From a bacterium (GTDB lineage Bacteria > Krumholzibacteriota > Krumholzibacteriia > LZORAL124-64-63), in the NCBI GenBank assembly GCA_031441465.1, contig JANOEP010000009.1, positions 122,149-186,148 on the forward strand: 64,000 bases of DNA. The letters are read 5' to 3'. The position numbers and the translations under genes are program-made. Below, one piece after another: positions 47,702-57,260 of this stretch. A model generated the notes under the pieces. That model was not told the origin of the DNA, did not search any database, and saw only the letters and a list, made by a program, of their open reading frames with translations. Every line of letters starts with the position of its first letter. Position 1 is the first letter of the stretch.

Positions 47702-50212
47702 CTATACCGGAAACTCAAGTCGTAAGCGCTTCATTTTCGCATAAAGTGCTTTTCTGGAAATCCCTAAGTTATTTGCCGCAATAGTTCTGCTGCCTCCTGA
47801 AGTAATTAAAGCTTGCAGGATTCTTTCTTTTTCAGCTACTTCCAGATACACATCAAGCCTCAGCGTTCCGCCGACCATTAGCTTTCTACTCGCATACTGC
47901 AGCATATATTTGGGGAGCATTCCAATCGTAGCCTTCTGATTGTGCTTGGCGAACAACGCTAGGCGTCTCGTTATCGACTCTAACTCGCGAACATTACCAG
48001 GCCACGGGTATTTATAATATAGTGTTATTAGTTCGTCATCAAATATATCCCGAGGTCTATAATGATCTCCAAGCATTTTATCGATAAAGAAAGACATCAG
48101 CGGCTCTATGTCCTCCGTACGCTCGCGTAACGGAGGGATGTGTATTTCTAATGTTTTTAGGCGATAGTATAAATCTGGGCGAAATTTATTATCTGCGACC
48201 ATTGCATGAATATCTGCATTAGTTGCAGCCAATACTCTAATATCTACACGCCTTAATGCGGGATCACCAAGCCTATGATAAGACCCATCTTGTAATATTC
48301 TTAATAACTTTGCCTGTAACATATGAGGCATTTCTCCAATCTCATCCAAAAATAGCGTCCCTCCATTTGCCTGTTCAGACAATCCCGCTGCATTCGCATC
48401 TGCTCCTGTAAATGCTCCCTTTACATTACCAAAAAATTCTCTCTCAAATAATTGTTCTGGAATCGCCGCGCAATTAACCGGGATAAACGGCGCCCCGCCC
48501 CGACCGCCGCGCTCATGTATTATGCGGGCTATTAGTTCTTTTCCTGTTCCAGTTTCTCCTGTGAGCAGTACAGGTTCTTCAGAATTTGCCGCGATCTCAA
48601 TTACTGACAATAGAGATTTCATTGATTTTGAGTATGACACTAATGTTGCACTATTATATTTTGTTACACTCGTCGTAACAACTGAGACAACCTGTGGTCC
48701 GGAAGGCTGCATGATTTTAATATTTTTAAATAATGCTTCTACATACTCTAACTCGGCATTATTGCCATGCATCGAATACAAAGAGTGAGCCTCCAATGCA
48801 TTATTCCAAGCCGCCTCGTATAGTGTCCTATTATCAAATGCAATCTTGTTGTATGATTCTATCACCAATGCAGCTAGGGCATCATCTATTGGTGAGGATT
48901 GCTGATAGTATTTATGCCACTCACAACATATTGCTGCTGCAGTTAAATATGAACCTGCCAACTCTCGTAGCGCTTCGTGATTCTGCAATAAAGCAATGGA
49001 TTTTAAAATATATTTGTACGCCGCAGAAAAGTTCAGTAACCCCAAATATGATTCTGATATGATTCTATACAGAATGCCGAGATCATAACATATACCTACA
49101 CTTTCCAATACTGCCATAGATCGCTTGCCAAATTCCAGCCCCTCTGGATAGTTCCCATTTGTATTATGAAAGGAAGCCATTCGCATCATAATGCCGCCGA
49201 GAAGGTCGGATGAGTCATCAATAACTCTGGCGACTTGCTCAGATCGCATATAGTACATATGTGCGGTTGATATGTTATTCCTTTTCAATTCAATATCACC
49301 ACAAGTCTCCAGACAGATAGCTTCTTCTCTTAAATATTTATCGGATGAAATTATGGATAAAGCACTATGAGCCACATCACTTGCTTTGTTTAATGAATTG
49401 TTGACTATAAGTATTCTAGCATTAACTATCATAGATTTAGCAACAATCAGAGGCGCAAGAAACTTAGAGGCAATATTTTCTTTAATGACAATAAGCGCTT
49501 CATTGGCTTTGCCGTGCTTCAGTAGCGCTATTGCTTTATTAAGACAAATATCTGCAACTCTATCTTTATATATATTGGAATCAACAAGGCTAAGAGCTTT
49601 ATCATAATATTCTATAGACTTTGACAATCGGCCAACTTCTTTTTCCACCAGACCAAGAGCACACAGTACTGCGCAGGAGTGCTCAGTATTACCTGCATAC
49701 CGATACAATGCTAATGAATCAGAGTAGTGTTGCCTCGCATCGTTATATTTATGTAGGATATACTGTGTCTTGCCTAACAAAAAAAGAAATGATGCAGCAA
49801 CTTCTGGGTCATTGTTGTAGATATTACGCTGCAAGAAATTGCGTGCAATTTCTTCAACTTGCCCGTGGCGCGATAATACAAGGTAACACCAACCTCGGAG
49901 AAGCTCAGGCAGTACTTTGTTACTGGGGTAGTAATTTTGTGTATGGTAATCCTGAATTAAATTGAGACACTCTTGATAACATCCAGTTCGGTATTTTGAG
50001 TCAATTATTGCAATTGAACAAGTAGCAATATCACCATTATGCACATAATCTAGTTTCTTCGTTTTCGCGTCAAAGGTCAGCTTGCCAAGTAGCAAAATAA
50101 GAGGATCAATGATTATTTCGTAATTTCCTTTAGAATAGGATTCCAATAACTTGGACAATTCCTTGTTTATTACGTTATCATTATTTATACGTAGTTCTGT
50201 TGACTTGTACAT
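47702..50212 (-). CDS. low-GC sigma-54-dependent activator: TPR-like N-terminus, AAA+, Fis-type HTH
   Basis: GETGTGKE, NCAAIP, GAFTGA, LFLDEIG, WPGNVREL, C-terminal HTH; strongly AT-rich. Confidence 0.9.
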   Translation of the reverse strand: MYKSTELRINNDNVINKELSKLLESYSKGNYEIIIDPLILLLGKLTFDAKTKKLDYVHNGDIATCSIAIIDSKYRTGCYQECLNLIQDYHTQNYYPSNKVLPELLRGWCYLVLSRHGQVEEIARNFLQRNIYNNDPEVAASFLFLLGKTQYILHKYNDARQHYSDSLALYRYAGNTEHSCAVLCALGLVEKEVGRLSKSIEYYDKALSLVDSNIYKDRVADICLNKAIALLKHGKANEALIVIKENIASKFLAPLIVAKSMIVNARILIVNNSLNKASDVAHSALSIISSDKYLREEAICLETCGDIELKRNNISTAHMYYMRSEQVARVIDDSSDLLGGIMMRMASFHNTNGNYPEGLEFGKRSMAVLESVGICYDLGILYRIISESYLGLLNFSAAYKYILKSIALLQNHEALRELAGSYLTAAAICCEWHKYYQQSSPIDDALAALVIESYNKIAFDNRTLYEAAWNNALEAHSLYSMHGNNAELEYVEALFKNIKIMQPSGPQVVSVVTTSVTKYNSATLVSYSKSMKSLLSVIEIAANSEEPVLLTGETGTGKELIARIIHERGGRGGAPFIPVNCAAIPEQLFEREFFGNVKGAFTGADANAAGLSEQANGGTLFLDEIGEMPHMLQAKLLRILQDGSYHRLGDPALRRVDIRVLAATNADIHAMVADNKFRPDLYYRLKTLEIHIPPLRERTEDIEPLMSFFIDKMLGDHYRPRDIFDDELITLYYKYPWPGNVRELESITRRLALFAKHNQKATIGMLPKYMLQYASRKLMVGGTLRLDVYLEVAEKERILQALITSGGSRTIAANNLGISRKALYAKMKRLRLEFPV

Positions 50213-50236
50213 AAGTTAATCCTTTTCTTTAGTATA

Positions 50237-51649
50237 CTATGGTTCAAAAGTTAATATTATTCGTATGTTATGAGAACTAGGAGAAGACTTGACGTCGTAG
50301 CCAATTAATAATTGAATGGAATTTTTCTGTGAGAATGCGAGGGTTGATTTTGTAATCCCAATTGCAGCTAGATTGTATTGTTTCATGGTTGCGCCGTAAT
50401 GGTATCGGCCTAAATATGAATTAGCTAAACATCCACTAAATAATATCATGGGCTGAACAGAAGAAAGAATGGGGATTTCAATCTTGGTAATGAAGTCCCA
50501 ATTAACACGTAGTTCAGCGCAATACCAAACTGCATTATCCCCTTTTATTGATCCTGCCTTCAAACCTCTCATCAACCCATATCCCCCAAGCGAAGTTCTC
50601 CATTCGGGCACACCTTGCCTATCGATTCCACTCCACTCTCCTCGCACAATCCAAGTATTCCCGTGCCTATCCTGAGTCTGCCACTTACCCGCCAATCTCG
50701 TGCGCGCGAACCAAAGTGCAGCGTCTGAATCCGTTACCAACTCCGAAACCGACGCTCCTGTAACCCGATGCCAACCCCTCTCCGCTGTCACTTCCAACCC
50801 TTTATACCGCCACCCCACCTCAACAAACAACGACCTCCGCCGCAACCCCGGCACCCCCTCATTCCCCCGCCCCAACTCCCGATCCCCAAACAAACTCCAG
50901 CCCGTCCGCGCCCCCAGCCCCCGGTGAACCCCACTACCTGCCCCTACCCGCACCACCAATGCCGGATGCGGCGCATACCTCCCCCCCACCCGCCAAGCCT
51001 CCTGCTCGTAATACTGACTAGGATCATCCCCGGCAATCAGCGCACTCAAATCGTTCAACGGCCGCCGATCTCCCCCGAACCTCTCGATCGTCCTGCCCCC
51101 CTCGGCCTCGAACGCCAACCTCACCCACGGCTCCCGCACCAGGAACCCCTCGTCGTCCCGCGGCCGCGCCGTCAGCAGCGGCACGTCCAGCCGGTGCTCG
51201 TGCGTGCACCGCCGCCAGGCGAACCCGTAGTCCAGCCCCGAGGTCAAACTCGGCTGACGCACGCCGGCCCGGGCCAGCGTCACCTCGCCGCCCAGCACCA
51301 GCCCCTCGACCCGATTATACCGGAACCGCTCCAGCGGCTTGGTCTTGATCTGCCAAGGCCGCCCGGCGATCATCCGCGCGATCACGTGGTCGCCCTCCCC
51401 GACGAGCGAGTCGAGCCCCGCATCGGAAAGCCCGAAGTCCAGGTCCCGGACCGTCAGCGGCTCGTACCACGGCGGGTCCAGCGTCCGCCAGAAGGCGTCC
51501 ACCGGATCGACGCTGACCGAGTCGCTGATTGCCGCCTGCGGCCCCGCGACCGTCGAATCGGCCTCCGCCGCCCCGCCCCACGCCGGCCGCTGGCCCCAGG
51601 CAAGCGCCAGCGCCGTCGCGACAAGGACCAGCCAGACACCGCGCCTCAC
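50237..51649 (-). CDS. putative outer-membrane beta-barrel protein (DUF5686 C-terminal-like)
   Basis: Signal peptide, RYNRVEG, alternating beta-strand pattern, LGG...MRG; composition shifts along the gene. Confidence 0.6.
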   Translation of the reverse strand: MRRGVWLVLVATALALAWGQRPAWGGAAEADSTVAGPQAAISDSVSVDPVDAFWRTLDPPWYEPLTVRDLDFGLSDAGLDSLVGEGDHVIARMIAGRPWQIKTKPLERFRYNRVEGLVLGGEVTLARAGVRQPSLTSGLDYGFAWRRCTHEHRLDVPLLTARPRDDEGFLVREPWVRLAFEAEGGRTIERFGGDRRPLNDLSALIAGDDPSQYYEQEAWRVGGRYAPHPALVVRVGAGSGVHRGLGARTGWSLFGDRELGRGNEGVPGLRRRSLFVEVGWRYKGLEVTAERGWHRVTGASVSELVTDSDAALWFARTRLAGKWQTQDRHGNTWIVRGEWSGIDRQGVPEWRTSLGGYGLMRGLKAGSIKGDNAVWYCAELRVNWDFITKIEIPILSSVQPMILFSGCLANSYLGRYHYGATMKQYNLAAIGITKSTLAFSQKNSIQLLIGYDVKSSPSSHNIRIILTFEP

Positions 51650-52608
51650 GGTCCCTCCCCGGCGCCCGCACCTGCGATGTCCCAGTCCCGCAGCCTCACC
51701 CGCGCCGTGACCCGGCTGGGCAGCAGCGGCAGCTTACGCAGCACGATCTCGACCTCGAACTCGTCGCTCACCCAGAGGTCGCCTTCCTGCCGCTGCTTCC
51801 AGGTGAAGCGCGGCACGGCGGCCACGAACAGGGGCGCCGGCGAGGGACCGACCATGCGGCCCTCCATGCGGCGGATCACCAGGTCGCCGTAGTCGATCCA
51901 GACGGTGCCCGCGATGCCGGGGCTGAAGTGGTCCTTGGGCTCGAACCCGATCGCGAACACCAGGTGGTCGCCGATCAGCCGGCGCTCGCGGATCTCGTAC
52001 TTGTAGCGGCCGCCGGAGGTCAGCAGGAACGGCATGTCCATCGCGAGGTCGCCGGCCTCCTCGCTCCACTCGCGGGCGATCTCGGTATCCAGCTCGTCCT
52101 TCTTCAGCTTGCCCTCGTCATACTCGCGCTCGGCGCGCCGCAGCCGCGCGGTGCGCCGCTCGCCGTCGCGGTCGACGTCGATGCGCACGGCTTCGCTGAT
52201 CACCGTGCGGTGGCCGAGGGTGTCGGTGCGGTCGTCGTGGAAGATCTCGGTGCGGCTGATCGCGGTAACGGCGTAGGCGCCCAGGCGGCGCTCGTCGTCG
52301 CGCATGCGCTCGCCGATGAGGCGCACCAGCTCGCTGACCCGCAACCGCGCCTCAGTCACCTTGACGGTGTCGGCCACGGCGTCGGAGAGGGGCAGGTCCA
52401 CGGCTGCGGCCGCCGGCGGCGCGTAACCGGCGCGCAGCAGGGCGTCGGCGTCCTCGAGCCAGGGATCGTCGGAGATCTCGGAGCCCGTGTCGGCAAGCGC
52501 GACCGCCGGCGTCGCGTCCTTCGCCGCGACGGTCCACGGGTGGGACAGCAGCGCGCACAGGATCGCGACGAAGGCGCCCTGTCCACTGGCTCGCTTCGCT
52601 GGGATCAC
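51646..52608 (-). CDS. exported hypothetical protein (DUF5686 N-terminal-like)
   Basis: Signal-like N-terminus; YKY...I.FEPK...G.VWID..D..I.R; 4-nt overlap with the next gene. Confidence 0.6.
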   Translation of the reverse strand: MIPAKRASGQGAFVAILCALLSHPWTVAAKDATPAVALADTGSEISDDPWLEDADALLRAGYAPPAAAAVDLPLSDAVADTVKVTEARLRVSELVRLIGERMRDDERRLGAYAVTAISRTEIFHDDRTDTLGHRTVISEAVRIDVDRDGERRTARLRRAEREYDEGKLKKDELDTEIAREWSEEAGDLAMDMPFLLTSGGRYKYEIRERRLIGDHLVFAIGFEPKDHFSPGIAGTVWIDYGDLVIRRMEGRMVGPSPAPLFVAAVPRFTWKQRQEGDLWVSDEFEVEIVLRKLPLLPSRVTARVRLRDWDIAGAGAGEGP

Positions 52609-52642
52609 GCCCTCCGCCTTGCTCGAACGATGCCGCGCCGAT

Positions 52643-53110
52643 TCATGCGCCCTTGAGGCGCACCGTCAATTCTACCTCGCAATCGAGCACGTGCAACAGC
52701 AGCAGCAACTTGTCCACAGATTTGCGGTAGTTGGCGGTGTCGAGCAGCCGGTAGAACTGGGCGGGTGAGGTGCCGAGCCGGCGGATGATCTCCCGTCGGG
52801 ACAGGCCGCTGGTCTCCAGGCGTTTCTGCGCCTCGACCGTCAGCTTGTAGAGCAGCAGATCGCGCATGTAGCCAGGATGCCGGTTGTATTCGAGCACCTG
52901 CTCGACGTGGACGGTGCCCTCGACGCCCGACGCGAGACGGAACGTGAAGCCTTCTCGGCCGAGCTCCTCGTCGACCTCAACCTCGATGACCGGATCCGCA
53001 GACGACGGCTGCGGCTCCGCCCTGCTATAGGGGAACAGGAACGCCTCGCGCCAGGCCGCGACCTCGAACGCCCGCTTGTGGTTGTTCAGCTTCACGTTGC
53101 GGATCTTCAC
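52643..53110 (-). CDS. antitoxin-like protein with C-terminal XRE HTH
   Basis: VKIRNVKLNNHKRAFEV...; HTH SRREIIRRLGTSPAQFYRLLD. Confidence 0.75.
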   Translation of the reverse strand: MKIRNVKLNNHKRAFEVAAWREAFLFPYSRAEPQPSSADPVIEVEVDEELGREGFTFRLASGVEGTVHVEQVLEYNRHPGYMRDLLLYKLTVEAQKRLETSGLSRREIIRRLGTSPAQFYRLLDTANYRKSVDKLLLLLHVLDCEVELTVRLKGA

Positions 53111-53152
53111 AGCAACCCCAACGACGTAGCCCCCGCGTCGGATCTTCGACAT
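53107..53152 (-). pseudogene. probable remnant of a small toxin gene with internal deletion
   Basis: ATG-SKIRRGGYV followed at once by an out-of-frame GLL-TGA overlapping the GTG of the HTH gene. Confidence 0.45.
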
Positions 53153-53156
53153 ACAT

Positions 53157-53185
53157 ATGTTACCTCTGGTGGTAACGCTTGTCAA
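53157..53185 (-). promoter_or_regulatory. sigma-70 promoter with palindromic operator
   Basis: TTGACA-17 bp-TAACAT; GTTACC-N6-GGTAAC overlaps the spacer and -10. Confidence 0.75.
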
Positions 53186-53748
53186 GCGTCGGCCGCGAAC
53201 CGGGGAAGTGAAGCGGGCCGGCCCCTGCCTCGACCAGGTGCAGCGTCGTCCGGGCGGTCACGGATCCCTCGTTCGATACGCGGGATGTGCGTCGCCTGAT
53301 CCCGACCGCGGGCCGCGTCAGCCCTCGTCCTCCGCGCGGCCGGCCCTGCCCGCCCACCGGCAAGGGCGGGGCCGCGGCGGCGGGCCGACCCCGCGGCGCC
53401 GGCCGACGGGCGCCTGCGCGCCGCGAGAGGCGGTTCCGGCCGGGGCGTTCTTCTGTTTCGCGGTCTGCGGGGGTGTCGCCGCCGGAGCAGTCGGCCGCCG
53501 GGGCCGTCAACGCAAGGCGCCGAACCCCCCGCCCGGGAGGATCCAATGCCGCGTCGTACCTGCCGGCCTGGTTACCGGACTCGATTGGTAGTCCATCGCC
53601 ATCGAATTCATCTCGTCCGCGAATTCTTCCTTTCGGAAGCGGCCGCCCAGCAAATCCGACTTACTGATAGAAGCAGCCCTGACCTTCGTCTTATACTGGA
53701 TTCTGTTATTGTCTTGATGATCTGCAATCTCAATTACAGGAGATTCCC

Positions 53749-56700
53749 ATGCGCTCAAAAACAATGACATTCTTGGGCCTAATTTTCGGATGTGGGATCG
53801 CGATCCTAGCCGCTGGTTGTGGCTCGAACGGCGGCGGGTCTCCCACCACGGAGACGGGGACCATCCATATCGAGGTGGACCCGGCGGGCCTGGCGGCACC
53901 GTGGCGCCTCATCGGCCCCAGTGGATTCGACGAACAGGACACGGGTGATGGGGAGTTCTCCGAGGCGCCGGCAGGCAGCTACACCCTGACTTGGGGGGCT
54001 CTTGATAACTGGTCTTGCGAAAGCGCACCAGTGCAGACACAGCAACTTGCAGGCAACGGCTCGATCGTCTTCAATGGTTTATTCGAGTCCCTGGCCGGGG
54101 GGCTGACCGTCATCCAGCCGAGCCTGCAGTCGGTCTGGCGCCTGAATCAATCCGACGTCGAGATCCGCTGGCTTGGCGGCGACGATCAGCAGCAGGTCAC
54201 GCTGTCGCTCTATAACCAAGGCGTTCTTGTCGCAAACATCGCCAACCAGATCGCCAACAGCGGCGAATTCCTCACTTGGGACATACCTTCGAACCTCGTG
54301 TCCGGCAATGGATACCGGTTGCAGGTCACCCAGGGCACCCTAGAGTACTGGAGCGCGGAGTTCCGGGTCGGCCCGGCAGTGGAGATCATCTCACCCGATG
54401 CCGAGACCACCTGGGGCATAGGCTCCGAAGTCCTGATCGCCTGGGGCTCTGCGCAGAGCGGAGGCACAGCGCAGATCGATCTCTACCGGGAGGATTTGCT
54501 CATATCCGCCATCGCCACGGCGGCTCCCAACTCCGGCAGTTTCCTCTGGGACGTCCCCTCGTCCCTCACCGCCGCGAATGACTACCGGGTCCGGTTGCTG
54601 ATCGGCTCGCTGGAAGTCTTCAGCCCGGCGTTCACGATCTCGCAGGAAAGCGCCCTGCATGTGAGCGAACCGACTTCGGCTACCCTGTGGCGGCAGGGAC
54701 AGTCGGACGTGACGGTCACCTGGAGTGGAGGTGATGTCGGCCAGTCGGTCGACCTGTACCTCGATCGGGCCGGTTCACCGGTCGCGACGATCGCCACGTC
54801 GACGCAGAACGACGGCACCCATACGAGCTGGGACGTACCGGCAATGACCGTGGTCGGATCAGGCTACCGGGTGCGGGTCGTCCAGGGAACGCTGGAAGCT
54901 CAAAGCGCGGAGTTCTCCATCCAAACGTCTGAACTGCCGCTGACGGTCGTTGAGCCCACGGCGACGACGGTTTGGCAGCCGGGCCAGTCGAATGTGCCAA
55001 TCAACTGGACGGGCGGGGATGCCGGTCAGGTGGTGAGCCTTTACCTGCACCATGGAGGCGCCGCGGTCGCGACGATCGCATCCAATACGGCAAATGACGG
55101 CAGCCACACGACCTGGGATGTGCCCTCCGGCATGGCGCCCGGCACCGGATATCAGGTGCGCCTGGTCCAAGGTGCCGGCGACGCGATGAGCGACGAATTC
55201 TCGATCCAAGGGGCGATCACTCCGCTCGCGATCGTGGTTCCCAATACCGGTGTCGCCTGGTCGCCGGGCCAGCAGAACGTCCTCGTCACCTGGACCGGCG
55301 GAGATCCGGCGCTGACGGTCGAGATCACGCTCTACAAGGGCGATGCGCAGGTGGCGACGATCGCCGCCGCCACGACGAACGACGGCGTCGATGACGCCTG
55401 GGACGTGCCCGCGAATCAGAGCGTCGGCAACGACTACAGAGTGCGGGTTTTACAGGGCTCCGACGCCGACTTCAGCGACTACTTCCTCATCGATTCCACT
55501 CTGCCGCTGGAAGTGACACAGCCGGCGCTGGGTGCTACCTGGAATCAAGACCAGCAGGATGTTACAATCACGTGGAACGGCGGAGATCCCACCCAACCGG
55601 TGAGCATCTACCTCTACAAAAGCACGCTCCAGGTCGCCGCGGTCGTGACCGACACGCCCAATGACGGCAGCCATACGACTTGGGATGTACCGGAAGGCCT
55701 GGTTCTCGGGACCGACTACCGCATCCAGGTCGCCCAAGGCGCCGACGACGACTTCAGTGATTACTTCCAGGTCGCACCGCCCCCGCTCCTGGTCATGCAA
55801 CCGACCGGCGCCACGATCTGGCGGCGAGGGCAGCAGAACGTGCTCATCAGTTGGACCGGAGGCAATCCGGGGCAGGTCGTGAGCATCTACCTCAACAAGG
55901 GCGGCACCAGGCTGGGAACGATCACCACCTCAGCCGCGAACACCGGTGAATATTCGATCTGGGATGTTCCTGTCTCCCAGACGATCGGCAACGACTACCA
56001 AGTGCAAGTCGTCCAGGGCAGCCTGGCCGATACGAGCGAGGAATTCGCAATCGCCGCACCGTTGCTGGTCATCTCACAACCTGGGGCCGCAACGGTCTGG
56101 CAACCGGGTCAGGCCGACGTACCGATCACCTGGACCGGCGGCAACCCCGCGCTGCCCCTCAGCTTGTTGCTGCTCAACGGATCGACACCGGTGGCGACGA
56201 TCGAAGCATCGACCAGCAACGACGGGAGCCACAATACCTGGGACGTGCCGACAACTCTACCGTTTGCGACCAGCTATCGCGTGCAGGCGGTGCAGGGCGA
56301 AGATACCGCTTACAGCGCGTACCTCCAGATCGGCCAGCCGCCCCTTCAAGTCACATCCCCGAACTCGGCGAGCGTCTGTGTGGCGGGCGAGTACACCTCC
56401 GTCACCTGGACCGGCGGCGATCCCAATGGGCTGGTATCCCTGTACCTACACAAGTCGGGTGATCAGGTCGCGACACTAGCTTCCGGCATCGCCAATTTCG
56501 GCAGTCAGATGTGTTGGTTGCCGTCGAACCTTGCTGCGGATGACGACTACCGGGTGCGGGTGGCCCAAGGCGCCGACTACGACTACAGCGACTACTTCAC
56601 GATCAACGCCGCCACACCTCAGTTGCAGGTCACCGAACCGGACACTTTCACGGTCTGGAATCCCGGTCAGCAAAACGTCCTGATCACATGGACCGGCGGC

Positions 56701-57183
56701 AACCCGGCGGAACCGGTCAGCATTGAGCTCAGATCGGCGTCCTACGACTCTCTGACGATCGCGACGAGCACACCGAACGACGGCACCCACTCGACCTGGG
56801 ATGTTCCCCCTGGAGTGACCCCAGGCAACAACTACTGGGTTAGGATCAGGCAGGGTTACCGATCCGGTGACAGCAACCGATTCCAGATCGGGCTGACGGT
56901 CACGTCAGTCGGTCACGATGAGTACCGCCAGATTGGACAGCAGGACGTGCCGATCACCTGGATCGGCGGCCTACCAGGCCAACCGGTCGATCTCGAGCTC
57001 TACCGGGGCGAATCGTTCATCATGATGGTCACCACGGGAGCCGTGAACGACGGTATCTGGACATGGGACATCCCTACGGACCTGGATGCGGCCCAGGACT
57101 ATCATATTCGGATCAGGCAGGGCGACAGCTCGGCCCGCGGCAGGGATTTTGGCATTGGTCCCGAGCCCGCCAGAGGTCCGTGA
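53749..57183 (+). CDS. lipoprotein with 11 tandem Ig-like (Kre9/KNH-like) repeats
   Basis: AGGAG RBS, LAAGC lipobox; eleven ~93-aa units L.V..P....W..GQ..V.ITW.GG...NDG....WDVP.....Y.V.V.QG. Confidence 0.85.
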   Translation: MRSKTMTFLGLIFGCGIAILAAGCGSNGGGSPTTETGTIHIEVDPAGLAAPWRLIGPSGFDEQDTGDGEFSEAPAGSYTLTWGALDNWSCESAPVQTQQLAGNGSIVFNGLFESLAGGLTVIQPSLQSVWRLNQSDVEIRWLGGDDQQQVTLSLYNQGVLVANIANQIANSGEFLTWDIPSNLVSGNGYRLQVTQGTLEYWSAEFRVGPAVEIISPDAETTWGIGSEVLIAWGSAQSGGTAQIDLYREDLLISAIATAAPNSGSFLWDVPSSLTAANDYRVRLLIGSLEVFSPAFTISQESALHVSEPTSATLWRQGQSDVTVTWSGGDVGQSVDLYLDRAGSPVATIATSTQNDGTHTSWDVPAMTVVGSGYRVRVVQGTLEAQSAEFSIQTSELPLTVVEPTATTVWQPGQSNVPINWTGGDAGQVVSLYLHHGGAAVATIASNTANDGSHTTWDVPSGMAPGTGYQVRLVQGAGDAMSDEFSIQGAITPLAIVVPNTGVAWSPGQQNVLVTWTGGDPALTVEITLYKGDAQVATIAAATTNDGVDDAWDVPANQSVGNDYRVRVLQGSDADFSDYFLIDSTLPLEVTQPALGATWNQDQQDVTITWNGGDPTQPVSIYLYKSTLQVAAVVTDTPNDGSHTTWDVPEGLVLGTDYRIQVAQGADDDFSDYFQVAPPPLLVMQPTGATIWRRGQQNVLISWTGGNPGQVVSIYLNKGGTRLGTITTSAANTGEYSIWDVPVSQTIGNDYQVQVVQGSLADTSEEFAIAAPLLVISQPGAATVWQPGQADVPITWTGGNPALPLSLLLLNGSTPVATIEASTSNDGSHNTWDVPTTLPFATSYRVQAVQGEDTAYSAYLQIGQPPLQVTSPNSASVCVAGEYTSVTWTGGDPNGLVSLYLHKSGDQVATLASGIANFGSQMCWLPSNLAADDDYRVRVAQGADYDYSDYFTINAATPQLQVTEPDTFTVWNPGQQNVLITWTGGNPAEPVSIELRSASYDSLTIATSTPNDGTHSTWDVPPGVTPGNNYWVRIRQGYRSGDSNRFQIGLTVTSVGHDEYRQIGQQDVPITWIGGLPGQPVDLELYRGESFIMMVTTGAVNDGIWTWDIPTDLDAAQDYHIRIRQGDSSARGRDFGIGPEPARGP

Positions 57184-57208
57184 GGGTTCGATTGCTGGGG
57201 TTTCAACG

Positions 57209-57240
57209 GGAGGGGCCGGAGTGCGGACTCCGGCCCCTCC
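57209..57240. terminator. hairpin terminator between convergent genes
   Basis: GGAGGGGCCGGAGT-GCGG-ACTCCGGCCCCTCC. Confidence 0.7.
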
Positions 57241-57260
57241 TCCATATCGGGTAGTGAAGT

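Noticed and set aside
53186..53600. Very GC-rich intergenic stretch with hairpins and short ORFs
   Set aside because: No recognisable RNA family or credible protein; hairpins are expected at this GC.
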